The translations under genes and the position numbers were made by a program. The notes below the pieces were generated by a model that was not told the origin of the DNA, ran no database searches, and saw only the letters and a program-made list of their open reading frames with translations. Below are positions 8,666 through 17,724 of a stretch of DNA of 24,572 bases, one piece after another. Source of the DNA: a virus. Its lineage: Duplodnaviria; Caudoviricetes. Location of the stretch: the IMG/VR virus record IMGVR_UViG_3300017912_002326, positions 1-24,572 of that record. One strand, written 5' to 3'. The stretch's first letter is position 1. The number at the start of each line of letters is the position of its first letter.

Positions 8666-9079
8666 TTAAGATACTGTGAGGTTATCACCACCAGCTTTCC
8701 ATATGTTATCTAAATCTTTAAATATATCATCAAGAACTTCTGATGTTTTTGTGTTCATAGCTTCATCTTTTACTTTTATGAACTCAGGTGAAGTTGCTGC
8801 AAGTTGTGCAAATGGTCTAGCTTTCATCTTACGAGTACCATAATGTACATACTTTGCATAATCAGGTAAATCAAAACTAAATCTAAATGTAATGTTACCT
8901 CTACTATCTTCGGTAAACATTGTATTGATTCTGTTTCTACTTGCAACTTCTTTGTATAATCTACCTGTTTTGTAAGCTTTAGAAGAACCTGTCTTGTATC
9001 CCTTATAAGGTACACCAGGATTGATAGCTCGTAGAGCTTGGTCTTTATATACTTTCGCTACGTCTTTTAGAGTTTTCAT
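8666..9079 (-). CDS. HK97 gp10-like tail/neck component (137 aa)
   Basis: KTGRL...YAKYVHYGTRKMKARPF signature. Confidence 0.8.
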   Translation of the reverse strand: MKTLKDVAKVYKDQALRAINPGVPYKGYKTGSSKAYKTGRLYKEVASRNRINTMFTEDSRGNITFRFSFDLPDYAKYVHYGTRKMKARPFAQLAATSPEFIKVKDEAMNTKTSEVLDDIFKDLDNIWKAGGDNLTVS

Positions 9080-9476
9080 ATTTCTCTTTTATATAAGTAT
9101 GTTTATTTGTTTTGTATAAATCTGAAAAATGGTTTACATCATCTTGTAATGTACTACATTTGATTCCATTTACTCTTACCCAATTTATATTTCTATCTGA
9201 TACGAATACATCAAGAAAATAGGTATCATTATAACAAATAACAAATTGTTCTAAAATAGGATAACTAAAAAATTGTTCTTCTATTGTTCCTATTAATCCT
9301 AATTCTAATAATTTATCTTTATACTCTGGTAATATAACAATATCTATATCACTTTTACCATAGTCTTTTTCATATCCTTGTAGTAATCTTGAATAACCAC
9401 CTACAAGAATAAAGTTATCATCTAAATGATTTTTTATATGATAAAGAACTTTATTTAAGGAGTGAATTGAGAACAA
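9045..9476 (-). CDS. Nucleotidyltransferase-fold protein (143 aa)
   Basis: ILVGG-x15-DIDIVI plus distal LDVF; TTG start, no Met codon; overlaps both neighbours. Confidence 0.6.
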   Translation of the reverse strand: MFSIHSLNKVLYHIKNHLDDNFILVGGYSRLLQGYEKDYGKSDIDIVILPEYKDKLLELGLIGTIEEQFFSYPILEQFVICYNDTYFLDVFVSDRNINWVRVNGIKCSTLQDDVNHFSDLYKTNKHTYIKEKYENSKRRSESI

Positions 9477-11488
9477 CTTACATTAAGATTAGTTACAGAA
9501 CCGCCTGTATTTGTTGGAGTATAAGAAGCACTAACACACACATCTATTTGTTGACCTGCAGATAAACTACCTGTAATTGTTTCATCAAATGTATCAATAT
9601 AAGAATAAATTGAAGAACCAGGTGATGGAGCTGTTAATCTCCATAATGAACCTGATGTAAAGAATCCTGTACATGAAGTAAATGTTTGTGCTACTCCACC
9701 TACAATTTCAAATACATCCGATGAGGTATCTTGTTGATAGTAATTATCTGATGCAGTAATTGTAAGATTATAATCAGTATATATCGTTGTACCGGCTTGT
9801 AAAGTATCAGAATTATTAATATAGTAAGTACTACTAATCGATGAACTACATGCATTAAGTTCAGAAGAACCAGATGCTAAGAATAATTCTGTTGGTTGAA
9901 AAGGTATAATAAATGATGCTGAATAGTTTTGTTCTATTTCTGATAACGATAATTCTTTTTGATATACCTTTAACGAATCAAAATACATATTACCTGCAAT
10001 ATTATTTTGACCTATCCAAGTTTTAGGATTTGATAATTCTGAATCAACAGAAAGTGATGCAGTACCTTCTAATACAGCATCGATGTACCATCTTAGTTCT
10101 GAACCATCATATACAATATCATGTTGGTGTTTATTATTATCATAAGTACCAGCAATTGTAGTTTCAACTCCTACTGTACTAAAATATTTTAATTGTTGAT
10201 TAATACCTAAATTTAATTTTGGATTATCAGTAGGACTAGGTCCTGCTCCAACTCTTAATTGAATCATATTACCTGTTGCTCTTGTACCAATCCATTCAAG
10301 TGTAAATGATGATGTTGCATTAAATCCATTTAAAGAGCCTGTTAAGAAGTTATTTAAACCTACTGTACCTAATTTATAATTTACTGTGTTATCTATATCG
10401 AAAGAAGCTGTAGTAGACATTAATGGTCCAAATGATGATGTATAAGTTGTTGCTAAACCATTTGGTGTATTTCCATTTGTTTCTAAACCATTTATTCTTT
10501 TAATATCTTTAACTCTTCCATTTAATGGTGTTTTACCAAATGAACGAGCATTTGTATTTTCATAATGGGTAATTATAGAATCTTGTACAATGTTATCAGT
10601 AGTGTAAAGAGAAGCAGAACATAAGTTTGTTGGTATAGCTACAAATACACAACCTGCTCCACCATTTGATGTAAAGTAATGACCATCAACATTAGTATAA
10701 TAACCACCAGTACCACCTCCACCAAAATAGTAAACACCAGCATCTTCAGCTCCACCTTCTCCATCTATATTAAGACCATTAAAACTAGCTTCTTGACCAC
10801 CACCATACAAATAACCATCTCCAGCTGTAGGTGATGAAACAGATTGTCCTTCTCCACCTCCACCTGCTCTAAATAAACAAGAATCACCCCACATAAATGA
10901 TAATCCTTTTGAACTTGATATATCATTTGCATCTGCTCCTGTTCCTGCTCCACCTTCATCTGATGCTGTATATGCTAATGGTGTACCTGAGTTACCTCCT
11001 CGATTGGTACTTGTATTACCATTATATATTCCACCATATCCACCACCAGCAACTATATTAACACCTTCACCTGTAAAAGATGAAAGAACACCATCTTCAC
11101 CATCTAAAGTACCAGGTGCAACTGATGTATTAAAGTATCTTTCTCCACCTTGTCCTACTTGTATATTATAAAGTAAACCATCTTTAAGTAATACTTCTGT
11201 TTGTACATTAAATCCACCACCACCGCCTGCATTTCCAGCAGTAGGTCTTGAATCACCTGCACCACCACCACCTACAACAGCAACAATAGCTTTAGAAGTA
11301 CTACCACTCATTGTTAATTGACCTAACTCTGAACTACCTCCTCCTGCTTGTACCGATGAGGTAAATAAGAAAGTATCCCATTGAACTGAACCCAATTGGT
11401 ATGATTGTGATTGAGCTCCTTGTGCTACTGCTGAGCAACAAGGTTCTATTTCTCCTTGTCCAAAAAATGTAATCGGTGTAAATCTCAT
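9455..11488 (-). CDS. Multidomain adhesin/receptor-binding-like protein: Gly-rich domain, LamG/ConA-like domain, Cys-bracketed domains (677 aa)
   Basis: VVGGGGAG...AGGGGG...IQVGQGG...GGAGCVFV; SFTLEW...HDIVYDGSELRWYID...DSLKVYQKELSLSEIEQNY. Confidence 0.75.
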   Translation of the reverse strand: MRFTPITFFGQGEIEPCCSAVAQGAQSQSYQLGSVQWDTFLFTSSVQAGGGSSELGQLTMSGSTSKAIVAVVGGGGAGDSRPTAGNAGGGGGFNVQTEVLLKDGLLYNIQVGQGGERYFNTSVAPGTLDGEDGVLSSFTGEGVNIVAGGGYGGIYNGNTSTNRGGNSGTPLAYTASDEGGAGTGADANDISSSKGLSFMWGDSCLFRAGGGGEGQSVSSPTAGDGYLYGGGQEASFNGLNIDGEGGAEDAGVYYFGGGGTGGYYTNVDGHYFTSNGGAGCVFVAIPTNLCSASLYTTDNIVQDSIITHYENTNARSFGKTPLNGRVKDIKRINGLETNGNTPNGLATTYTSSFGPLMSTTASFDIDNTVNYKLGTVGLNNFLTGSLNGFNATSSFTLEWIGTRATGNMIQLRVGAGPSPTDNPKLNLGINQQLKYFSTVGVETTIAGTYDNNKHQHDIVYDGSELRWYIDAVLEGTASLSVDSELSNPKTWIGQNNIAGNMYFDSLKVYQKELSLSEIEQNYSASFIIPFQPTELFLASGSSELNACSSSISSTYYINNSDTLQAGTTIYTDYNLTITASDNYYQQDTSSDVFEIVGGVAQTFTSCTGFFTSGSLWRLTAPSPGSSIYSYIDTFDETITGSLSAGQQIDVCVSASYTPTNTGGSVTNLNVSCSQFTP

Positions 11489-11494
11489 TCTTTT

Positions 11495-12931
11495 TTACTG
11501 ATTAAATAAATTTACAGAAACACCATATAAAGTTGTAGTATCAAATGTTACAAATGTAATCAAATCATAAGATGCAGATACTGATGGAGAGTAATCTAAT
11601 CCTGCTGGAAATTCAATAGAATCACCGATTGTTACACTTCTACCACTATCTGTTTGTAATCTTAATGATACAGTTTGACCAGGTACTATATTAGTTGCTT
11701 CTAAATGTGTTGTTCCACTTGGTAATGTTAATGTAAAGAAGTTACCTGTTGAACAATCTATCGATGCTGTTGATGATGCGATTGTAATACTTTCTACATT
11801 ACCATTTACCGAACCTGTTATTATTTGTGAACCACTAAAATCATTTGAAATATCTAATCTTGCATACGAACTTGTTGCCGCTGATAATCCATCTATTTCT
11901 GTTTGTAATGATGAGGTTTCTAATTCTATATTATTTAATCTTGAATCAATAGAAGATGTTTCTAACTCTAAGTTATTTAATCTACCATCTGTTGATGATG
12001 TATAAGAATTAAAATCAGTTGTAGATACGAAATCTGTTACAAGTGAAGATGAGAATGCTTCTAAATCATCTAATCTTAAATCAAACGATGCTGAATCTAT
12101 ATAGTATGATGAAGTGAATGTATTGTATCCACTATTGATATCTAATTGTGAAGAAGTAAATGAATTTAAATTAGTTAAACTAATATCTACACTCGCAGTA
12201 TAAGTTTCTAATGTGTTAAACTTATTATCTGTTGATTCTGTAAATGCATTATATCCACTATTGATTAAATCTTGTGAAGATGTGTATGATTCTAAACTAT
12301 CTAATCTCTGGTCTACTGATGTAGAGAATGGACCTTCTAATTCATCTAATCTACTATCTACCGATGCAGAATATGTTGTTACATTACCAATACCATTGAT
12401 TGTAGAAGATGATATCTCGTTACTAACTGTAAGAGAACCTGTCATTGAACTATCACCCTCAACACCCAATGAACCACTAATCGTTACTTGTCCAATCAGT
12501 TCTTGTTCATCTGTTATCTCATCACCTAATTGGTTAGAACCACTTGAGAAGATTACAGAAGATGATTCTAAAGTTACATGAAGTACTCTTGTATTGATTG
12601 TATCAAAAGAACCCGTATGAGCAGTTATATCACCTTGTACATTTAAAGAACCTGTAATCTCTTTATCACCATGTATTCTAAGTGAACCACTTACATCAAC
12701 TGAACCAGTTGCTTCAATACCATTTTGTACTGTTAACTTTTCATCAACAGTAACAGAACCAGTAAATTCAAAATCATTAGAGCCTGATAATATCTTAACA
12801 CCAATGTTATCTCCAATACCATCTTGTAATTGTACATCACCACTAGCAGATGATAAAGGCTCAAGTGAGTTTTCTAAATTTATAATCCCATAAAAGGATT
12901 GACTGATAAATAAATCTCTTAAATTACTCAT
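11495..12931 (-). CDS. Fibre protein with coiled-coil shaft and C-terminal adaptor domain (478 aa)
   Basis: Short beta repeats (ITGSL/VSGSL), ~14-aa coiled-coil repeats, C-terminal domain similar to the 878-aa protein. Confidence 0.75.
   Translation of the reverse strand: MSNLRDLFISQSFYGIINLENSLEPLSSASGDVQLQDGIGDNIGVKILSGSNDFEFTGSVTVDEKLTVQNGIEATGSVDVSGSLRIHGDKEITGSLNVQGDITAHTGSFDTINTRVLHVTLESSSVIFSSGSNQLGDEITDEQELIGQVTISGSLGVEGDSSMTGSLTVSNEISSSTINGIGNVTTYSASVDSRLDELEGPFSTSVDQRLDSLESYTSSQDLINSGYNAFTESTDNKFNTLETYTASVDISLTNLNSFTSSQLDINSGYNTFTSSYYIDSASFDLRLDDLEAFSSSLVTDFVSTTDFNSYTSSTDGRLNNLELETSSIDSRLNNIELETSSLQTEIDGLSAATSSYARLDISNDFSGSQIITGSVNGNVESITIASSTASIDCSTGNFFTLTLPSGTTHLEATNIVPGQTVSLRLQTDSGRSVTIGDSIEFPAGLDYSPSVSASYDLITFVTFDTTTLYGVSVNLFNQ
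11864..12373 (-). repeat. About 12 degenerate 14-aa (42-nt) coiled-coil repeats
   Basis: e.g. TSSTDGRLNNLELE/TSSIDSRLNNIELE and YTSSQDLINSGYNAF/FTSSQLDINSGYNTF. Confidence 0.8.
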
Positions 12932-12940
12932 ATCTTTTCT

Positions 12941-13333
12941 TTATGTATATTGCCACTTTCTAAGTGCATCATCTATTTTATCGTTATCCCATCGTTCAGG
13001 TGTTGTTCCCCAAACTTTAGGTGATGTCCATAATTCACATAATTCACAAGTACCAAAATCCTCGTAAGGAATTGCTAAAACAGGTAAATTATAAAAATCA
13101 TAATCATCTCTATTTGTTACTTCTTCTAATATTTCAAAACATCTAATGTTTTCATAAGATGTTAAATAACTTTGTGGTCTTGAATCAGGTACATATTGTG
13201 TTGCAAATACTTGTCCAACTGAACCTGTTGATTCTAAAACCGCATTATATAATTCATTCGTTTCACAATCTTTTACTTTCCAATAACTACCATCAGGTAT
13301 TATCAAAAAAAAAAAGACAACGATTTTTATCAT
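12941..13333 (-). CDS. Hypothetical Cys/Trp-containing protein, probably the +1-frame continuation of 13293..13847
   Basis: 41-nt overlap centred on T11 (13305-13315); removing one T fuses the two into about 301 aa. Confidence 0.6.
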   Translation of the reverse strand: MIKIVVFFFLIIPDGSYWKVKDCETNELYNAVLESTGSVGQVFATQYVPDSRPQSYLTSYENIRCFEILEEVTNRDDYDFYNLPVLAIPYEDFGTCELCELWTSPKVWGTTPERWDNDKIDDALRKWQYT

Positions 13334-13847
13334 TGTGAACAGTCAAAGTAAATTCTGCTGACCATCCCACCAGCCCGTTATTGAACCGGTCCGCAAAAGG
13401 TGTACAATTAATCGCTGAATTAATCTCCATCCCATAATTACTCTTTTGAGTAAATGCGGTTAAATCGTTTAAGATACTCAATGTGTTAGCATGAATATCA
13501 ACAACATCATCAGTCCCATCAAAAGGAACAATCTGTTTATTTTCTCTTTCATTCGGTGTAACATCATCATTCATTAATTTTGATTTATCTGCAACAATCA
13601 ATTGTACTTGATATTCTGTTATTGTGTTTCCAAAGTTTGCATTAGTAATTAACACATTACCAATAGGATATTGTGGAAACTCTGTTGAATCAAAATTGTA
13701 TATATCACCTTGTGTTACCTTTGCAATACTTGGATGGTTCTTCATAATTGTTTTGAAGTAATTCAAAGTATTGTAGTATAAAGAAAAGTTCTCTGCACTA
13801 TTCTTTACTATCTGGCTTCTTGCTGGTGTATAAGATGGTGTACTCAT
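13293..13847 (-). CDS. Putative tail completion/terminator protein (184 aa)
   Basis: Alpha/beta pattern ending PFADRFNNGLVGWSAEFTLTV, resembling gpU-like proteins; ends just after a T11 run. Confidence 0.55.
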   Translation of the reverse strand: MSTPSYTPARSQIVKNSAENFSLYYNTLNYFKTIMKNHPSIAKVTQGDIYNFDSTEFPQYPIGNVLITNANFGNTITEYQVQLIVADKSKLMNDDVTPNERENKQIVPFDGTDDVVDIHANTLSILNDLTAFTQKSNYGMEINSAINCTPFADRFNNGLVGWSAEFTLTVHNDKNRCLFFFDNT

Positions 13848-13850
13848 AAT

Positions 13851-14363
13851 TTATAATTGTATTCCTCCAAAGTATTGATTAGTTGTATCAGGATAAATTT
13901 GTGTTGCATCTCCAACTGATTCGTTGTATTCAGGTATATTACTTGAATTAGCAATCAAATAATCTTGTAAACGAGTTGAATAGTAATCTGCATTATTCAG
14001 AGCTTTGTTTAACAAATAATCTACTTCAGATTTTGTAGGAGCAATACCAGTTTCACTCTGTTGTTTAACTGCTCCGTTTGATTTAAATTGTACTGAACTA
14101 AATGGAATATATTCTACACATCCATACCAAATTAGTGTAGGTTTTACATATTCTTCTACAAGTGTTTGATAATAACCTGTAAAAGCAGTTTGTGATTCTA
14201 CATCATCTTGTAATTTATTGTATAGAACTGTTCCTAATAAATTTAGTATGTATTTTTCTTGTGCTGTTCTAATAAAAGGTAGAAGAGCATCAGCATCAAT
14301 TGCACCACCAAGAGGTGTGTTTTTTATGATATCGTTTCGTGTTATTAATAATCCAAATGCCAT
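13851..14363 (-). CDS. Putative head-tail adaptor protein (170 aa)
   Basis: Helical protein right after the portal; AQEKYILNLLGTVLYNKL. Function inferred from position. Confidence 0.6.
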   Translation of the reverse strand: MAFGLLITRNDIIKNTPLGGAIDADALLPFIRTAQEKYILNLLGTVLYNKLQDDVESQTAFTGYYQTLVEEYVKPTLIWYGCVEYIPFSSVQFKSNGAVKQQSETGIAPTKSEVDYLLNKALNNADYYSTRLQDYLIANSSNIPEYNESVGDATQIYPDTTNQYFGGIQL

Positions 14364-14377
14364 AGTTCTATTTTATA

Positions 14378-15664
14378 TTAGTTAGAATCATAATACCTTT
14401 CAAATCCATAATCTGAAGGTCTTATTGGTTCTTTTGTTATATCTGACAATTTGTCAGTTTCTTCGTTTTCCATTTGTGTTTCTTCACCTTCACCACCTTG
14501 TAAGTTATCATCGATAGTTTCTTGTACATCTTCTATTGTTTCACCAGTCTCTTCTGCTGTTGTAGAAAGGATTACAAGAGGTGTAAGTTGTTCGAAATAT
14601 AATTCTGATATCTCAACACCACCAACTCTAAATGCATTGTATAGAGAGTTTAATACGAGGTTTTGGAATGGGAAGATTGTCATGGTTTGCATGATTGAAT
14701 ATGCAGTTTTCATTTCCTCCGATTGAGAAGAGAATCCATTATTCGCAGTTCTGATTCCAAATAATAATGGGGAAACAATTCTGTGAGCTACGAGAATTCT
14801 ATCTTGAGCATATTCAGCAACATACTGATATTTCTCATGTAAGTTCTCCATCGGAAGTGTATCAATTGTAGGTTTGTTAACTGCATCATCGTTAAACGAT
14901 ACCATAAACCTACCAGCATTTCTTGTACCTGTAAATTTAGATTCTAATAAAGCTTCTATTGTTTGTCTTTCTTCAGGTGCTGGAACACCATTGTTGAAGT
15001 TAACCATTGCAACAGGTAAGAAACCATTCTCAATATTGTTAAGGTGTAGATTAGATAGTTCAGCCTCTGAGAATGAGAATTGTAATGCAGATATCCAATC
15101 AGGTAAAGAGTAATAATATCTACTTGGTTCGTATTCTTTTATATAAAGTATTTCTACTTCTTCAGTAGATGAACCAAATCTTGGAATAAAAGTTTTCTCT
15201 TTTTGTTTTCTTACATCACTCCAATCAACACAATAGTAGTATCCTTCTATCTTGTTCATACCTTCTATCTTTTTAGCACGAAGGTTTTGTACAGGTGTGT
15301 GATACAATCTTTCAATCTTAGTGTGTGATTTGTTCCATATCACTTGAAATGATGCATTACCAAATAATTTTAAATCAAATGTTACTTTTCTTAAATCCTC
15401 TGGTGGAATAAGTTTATCTAAGTCTTGTTGTTTATCTTCTTCTTTTGTAAATAGACCTTTACCATAAACTAAATCAGCAACACCATCAATACAAGCCGCA
15501 TTAGTAGTTGAAGTATTGTATGCTTCGTTTAATAAACCGAAGTAATCATCTTGGTCTAATATTCCAACAGGTACCCATTGGTATCTTGTTTTAGTATCTT
15601 CTTGTACGATAGGAACATCTTGTCTTGAGAAGTTAACTACACTAAATTTTTGTTCTTGTTTCAT
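14378..15664 (-). CDS. Portal protein (428 aa)
   Basis: DLKLFGNA, YYSLPDW, NGFLP, KFTGTRNAG, ILVAHRIVSPLLFGI motifs typical of HK97/PBSX-type portals; acidic C-terminal tail. Confidence 0.85.
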   Translation of the reverse strand: MKQEQKFSVVNFSRQDVPIVQEDTKTRYQWVPVGILDQDDYFGLLNEAYNTSTTNAACIDGVADLVYGKGLFTKEEDKQQDLDKLIPPEDLRKVTFDLKLFGNASFQVIWNKSHTKIERLYHTPVQNLRAKKIEGMNKIEGYYYCVDWSDVRKQKEKTFIPRFGSSTEEVEILYIKEYEPSRYYYSLPDWISALQFSFSEAELSNLHLNNIENGFLPVAMVNFNNGVPAPEERQTIEALLESKFTGTRNAGRFMVSFNDDAVNKPTIDTLPMENLHEKYQYVAEYAQDRILVAHRIVSPLLFGIRTANNGFSSQSEEMKTAYSIMQTMTIFPFQNLVLNSLYNAFRVGGVEISELYFEQLTPLVILSTTAEETGETIEDVQETIDDNLQGGEGEETQMENEETDKLSDITKEPIRPSDYGFERYYDSN

Positions 15665-15665
15665 A

Positions 15666-16028
15666 TTATAGTACTATATAATCGTTATTGGTTACATTTG
15701 ATACAAATTCTTCGTTTTGTGTTGTATATACAACTTTATCTACTGATTGAGAACCATATACTTGTACTGAACCATACCAAATAGAACCACTTACACTACC
15801 ACTAATCTCAGCAGTAAACTCTTGTCCTTCTTCTACTACACCTTCTAATGATTGTGAAAATGTAAATACATTCTCGTATGGGTTAAATGTAAATGAACCA
15901 CTTAAATCATATGAAGATGATGCATAAGTTAACATATCCTCTAATAATAGAGTAAACTCATCACCTGAGCCTGTATTTCGTGTTCTAACCACGAATTCGT
16001 TACTTTGTGAAATATAATAGCTAAGCAT
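15666..16028 (-). CDS. Hypothetical virion protein (120 aa, beta-rich)
   Basis: Between tail tube and portal; four [ST]GS motifs. Confidence 0.75.
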   Translation of the reverse strand: MLSYYISQSNEFVVRTRNTGSGDEFTLLLEDMLTYASSSYDLSGSFTFNPYENVFTFSQSLEGVVEEGQEFTAEISGSVSGSIWYGSVQVYGSQSVDKVVYTTQNEEFVSNVTNNDYIVL

Positions 16029-16042
16029 TATCTAATCTTTAG

Positions 16043-16052
16043 TATATAACAA
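16043..16052 (-). promoter_or_regulatory. Putative late promoter TTGTTATATA
   Basis: Lies just downstream of the terminator, where transcription would need to restart. Confidence 0.6.
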
Positions 16053-16086
16053 TCTAACAATAACTTATAATCATTCGAACATAGGC

Positions 16087-16119
16087 ACAAAAAAACCTCT
16101 CACGAAGAGAGGTTTCTTT
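16087..16119 (-). terminator. Rho-independent terminator after capsid/tail tube genes
   Basis: Minus strand AAACCTCTC-TTCGT-GAGAGGTTT followed by TTTTG; stem at 16093-16101 and 16107-16115. Confidence 0.9.
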
Positions 16120-16152
16120 ATATTATGCTCGTTGGGAACTCTACTAATTATC

Positions 16153-16686
16153 TTATGAATAGACAATTGTAGGTTGACCAGTTAATCCTGCGAAAGCATC
16201 AGTTGTTGTAGAACCACTTAAGAATGCTGCTGGTAATTTCTCTTCAGCTGTCATCGTTACAGAGTAACCATAAAGGTCTCCTAACGCTCCACCTGTTTGA
16301 ATTGTACCTGCAGTTAAATCTGCTCCATGTTCTTCACCAACTAATAAAGCATCACCAGAATTAGTCCAAACTATCATTTGAGGCCTACCATAAGCTAATA
16401 ATTTTAACTGAGTAGTCATTTCATTCGTTAACTTTTTCAAGTTAAGTACTGTCTCTTGAGAGAAGAATGTTGTGCCATTCTCTCTTGAAGAGTTAACTGT
16501 TTCAGTATAAGCAGAAGTTCCTTTGAGTTCGTAATAGTAAACAGTAGAACCTGATAAATCAGTTACTTCACCATCTACATTCTTTGTAAAAGAACCAGTC
16601 TCAAAGTTTATAAAGTAAACACCTTGTAAACCACCTACTGAATCTTTACATACTTCTTGCCTTCCGGCTGTTAGATTACAACTCAT
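16153..16686 (-). CDS. Putative major tail tube protein (177 aa)
   Basis: MSCxLTxGR..CKDSVGG start, SRENGTTFF.Q motif, beta-rich; AAGGAG upstream; followed by a terminator, as expected for a highly expressed gene. Confidence 0.7.
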   Translation of the reverse strand: MSCNLTAGRQEVCKDSVGGLQGVYFINFETGSFTKNVDGEVTDLSGSTVYYYELKGTSAYTETVNSSRENGTTFFSQETVLNLKKLTNEMTTQLKLLAYGRPQMIVWTNSGDALLVGEEHGADLTAGTIQTGGALGDLYGYSVTMTAEEKLPAAFLSGSTTTDAFAGLTGQPTIVYS

Positions 16687-16717
16687 AGTTATCTCCTTTT
16701 AGATTATTAGTTAATTA

Positions 16718-17695
16718 TTAAAATGCCCCATAATAAACGATGTCTGAACCTACACCAAATTGTGTTCCAGCAGTGTATCGCATGATGATTCTATAATTTT
16801 GTGAACCATCAAGATTCGCCATGTCAAGTACTCGCACCTCATTATGGTCAGAAAGTAATCCTGTGCCGAAGAATAAGTTACTCTTCTGTGCAGCAACGAT
16901 TACATCATCACTCATACCAGGACATAGAACGATTTCTATACCTTGGAAGTTATTTGGTTTTTCACCAACATTTAATTGGTTGTTGAATGAACCAATGTTA
17001 GTTTGTCCTGAAAGTGCTGATTGATAAGCTCTTGCAACTTTAGAACCAACATAGATTACTAAATCTTCTTTACCATATACAGTAGAAGGAATAGTGTCAT
17101 ATACACCTTGTAATTTAGTTAATACATTAGAAGATGTAATTGAACCAGATATGATTGCACCATCTCCATCAGTTCTTGCTGGTTGAACAGCAGTAGTTAA
17201 TAGAGTAGCAGCAGATGCTGATAATGCAGTTTCGAATCCACCGAATTCACCATTTACAGATGAATCACCAGACCAGATATCTTGTTCAGTTTTTTCAGCA
17301 ACTTTTCCACCTACATATGATACTAAGAAATCATTAAAGTTTCTTGGGATTTCATCAAATGCAGAGTATCCAAGTTGAAGTGCATTCCAAGAATCAACGA
17401 ATTCTTGTTTGCACAATTGTAAATTTACTTGTAGCTCTTTTGGCTCCAAGATTCTTTCTTCGATTGAAGCAGAAGCAGTAGCTGTGAAATCACAACTTGC
17501 ATCAGCAACTAATGAAGAAACATCAACCTTCTGAATAACTTCTTTATACTTTACATTAGGCTTGATAGTTACTAATTGGTTATCAAGTGTTCTTGCAGAT
17601 AATAAAGCTGCTGCGATGTAATCTGCAGCCGCTTCACCAGCGTATGTAGAAGAATTAATCTCAGGTTGAACAGCGAAATTTTGTAATTTTTTCAT
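16718..17695 (-). CDS. Major capsid protein (325 aa)
   Basis: Size, position after the scaffold, biased codon use, and HK97-like pattern (E-loop region, long helix VGGKVAEKTEQDIWSGD, C-terminal RIIMRYTAG). Confidence 0.85.
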   Translation of the reverse strand: MKKLQNFAVQPEINSSTYAGEAAADYIAAALLSARTLDNQLVTIKPNVKYKEVIQKVDVSSLVADASCDFTATASASIEERILEPKELQVNLQLCKQEFVDSWNALQLGYSAFDEIPRNFNDFLVSYVGGKVAEKTEQDIWSGDSSVNGEFGGFETALSASAATLLTTAVQPARTDGDGAIISGSITSSNVLTKLQGVYDTIPSTVYGKEDLVIYVGSKVARAYQSALSGQTNIGSFNNQLNVGEKPNNFQGIEIVLCPGMSDDVIVAAQKSNLFFGTGLLSDHNEVRVLDMANLDGSQNYRIIMRYTAGTQFGVGSDIVYYGAF

Positions 17696-17724
17696 TTTTG
17701 TTCTCTCTTTAATTTAAATTAATA

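Noticed and set aside
9455-9482. Programmed frameshift fusing the adhesin to the NTase ORF
   Set aside because: It would need a -1 shift, but the 28-nt shared open window has no X XXY YYZ heptamer; coupled TTG initiation is simpler.
8824-10959. Nested minus-strand ORFs 8824..9015 and 10765..10959
   Set aside because: Short alternative-frame ORFs inside real genes; I saw no slippery site or motif linking them to expression.
12941-13333. Signal peptide MIKIVVFFFLII on the 130-aa ORF
   Set aside because: The hydrophobic stretch is short and largely produced by the T11 run; no clear cleavage site.
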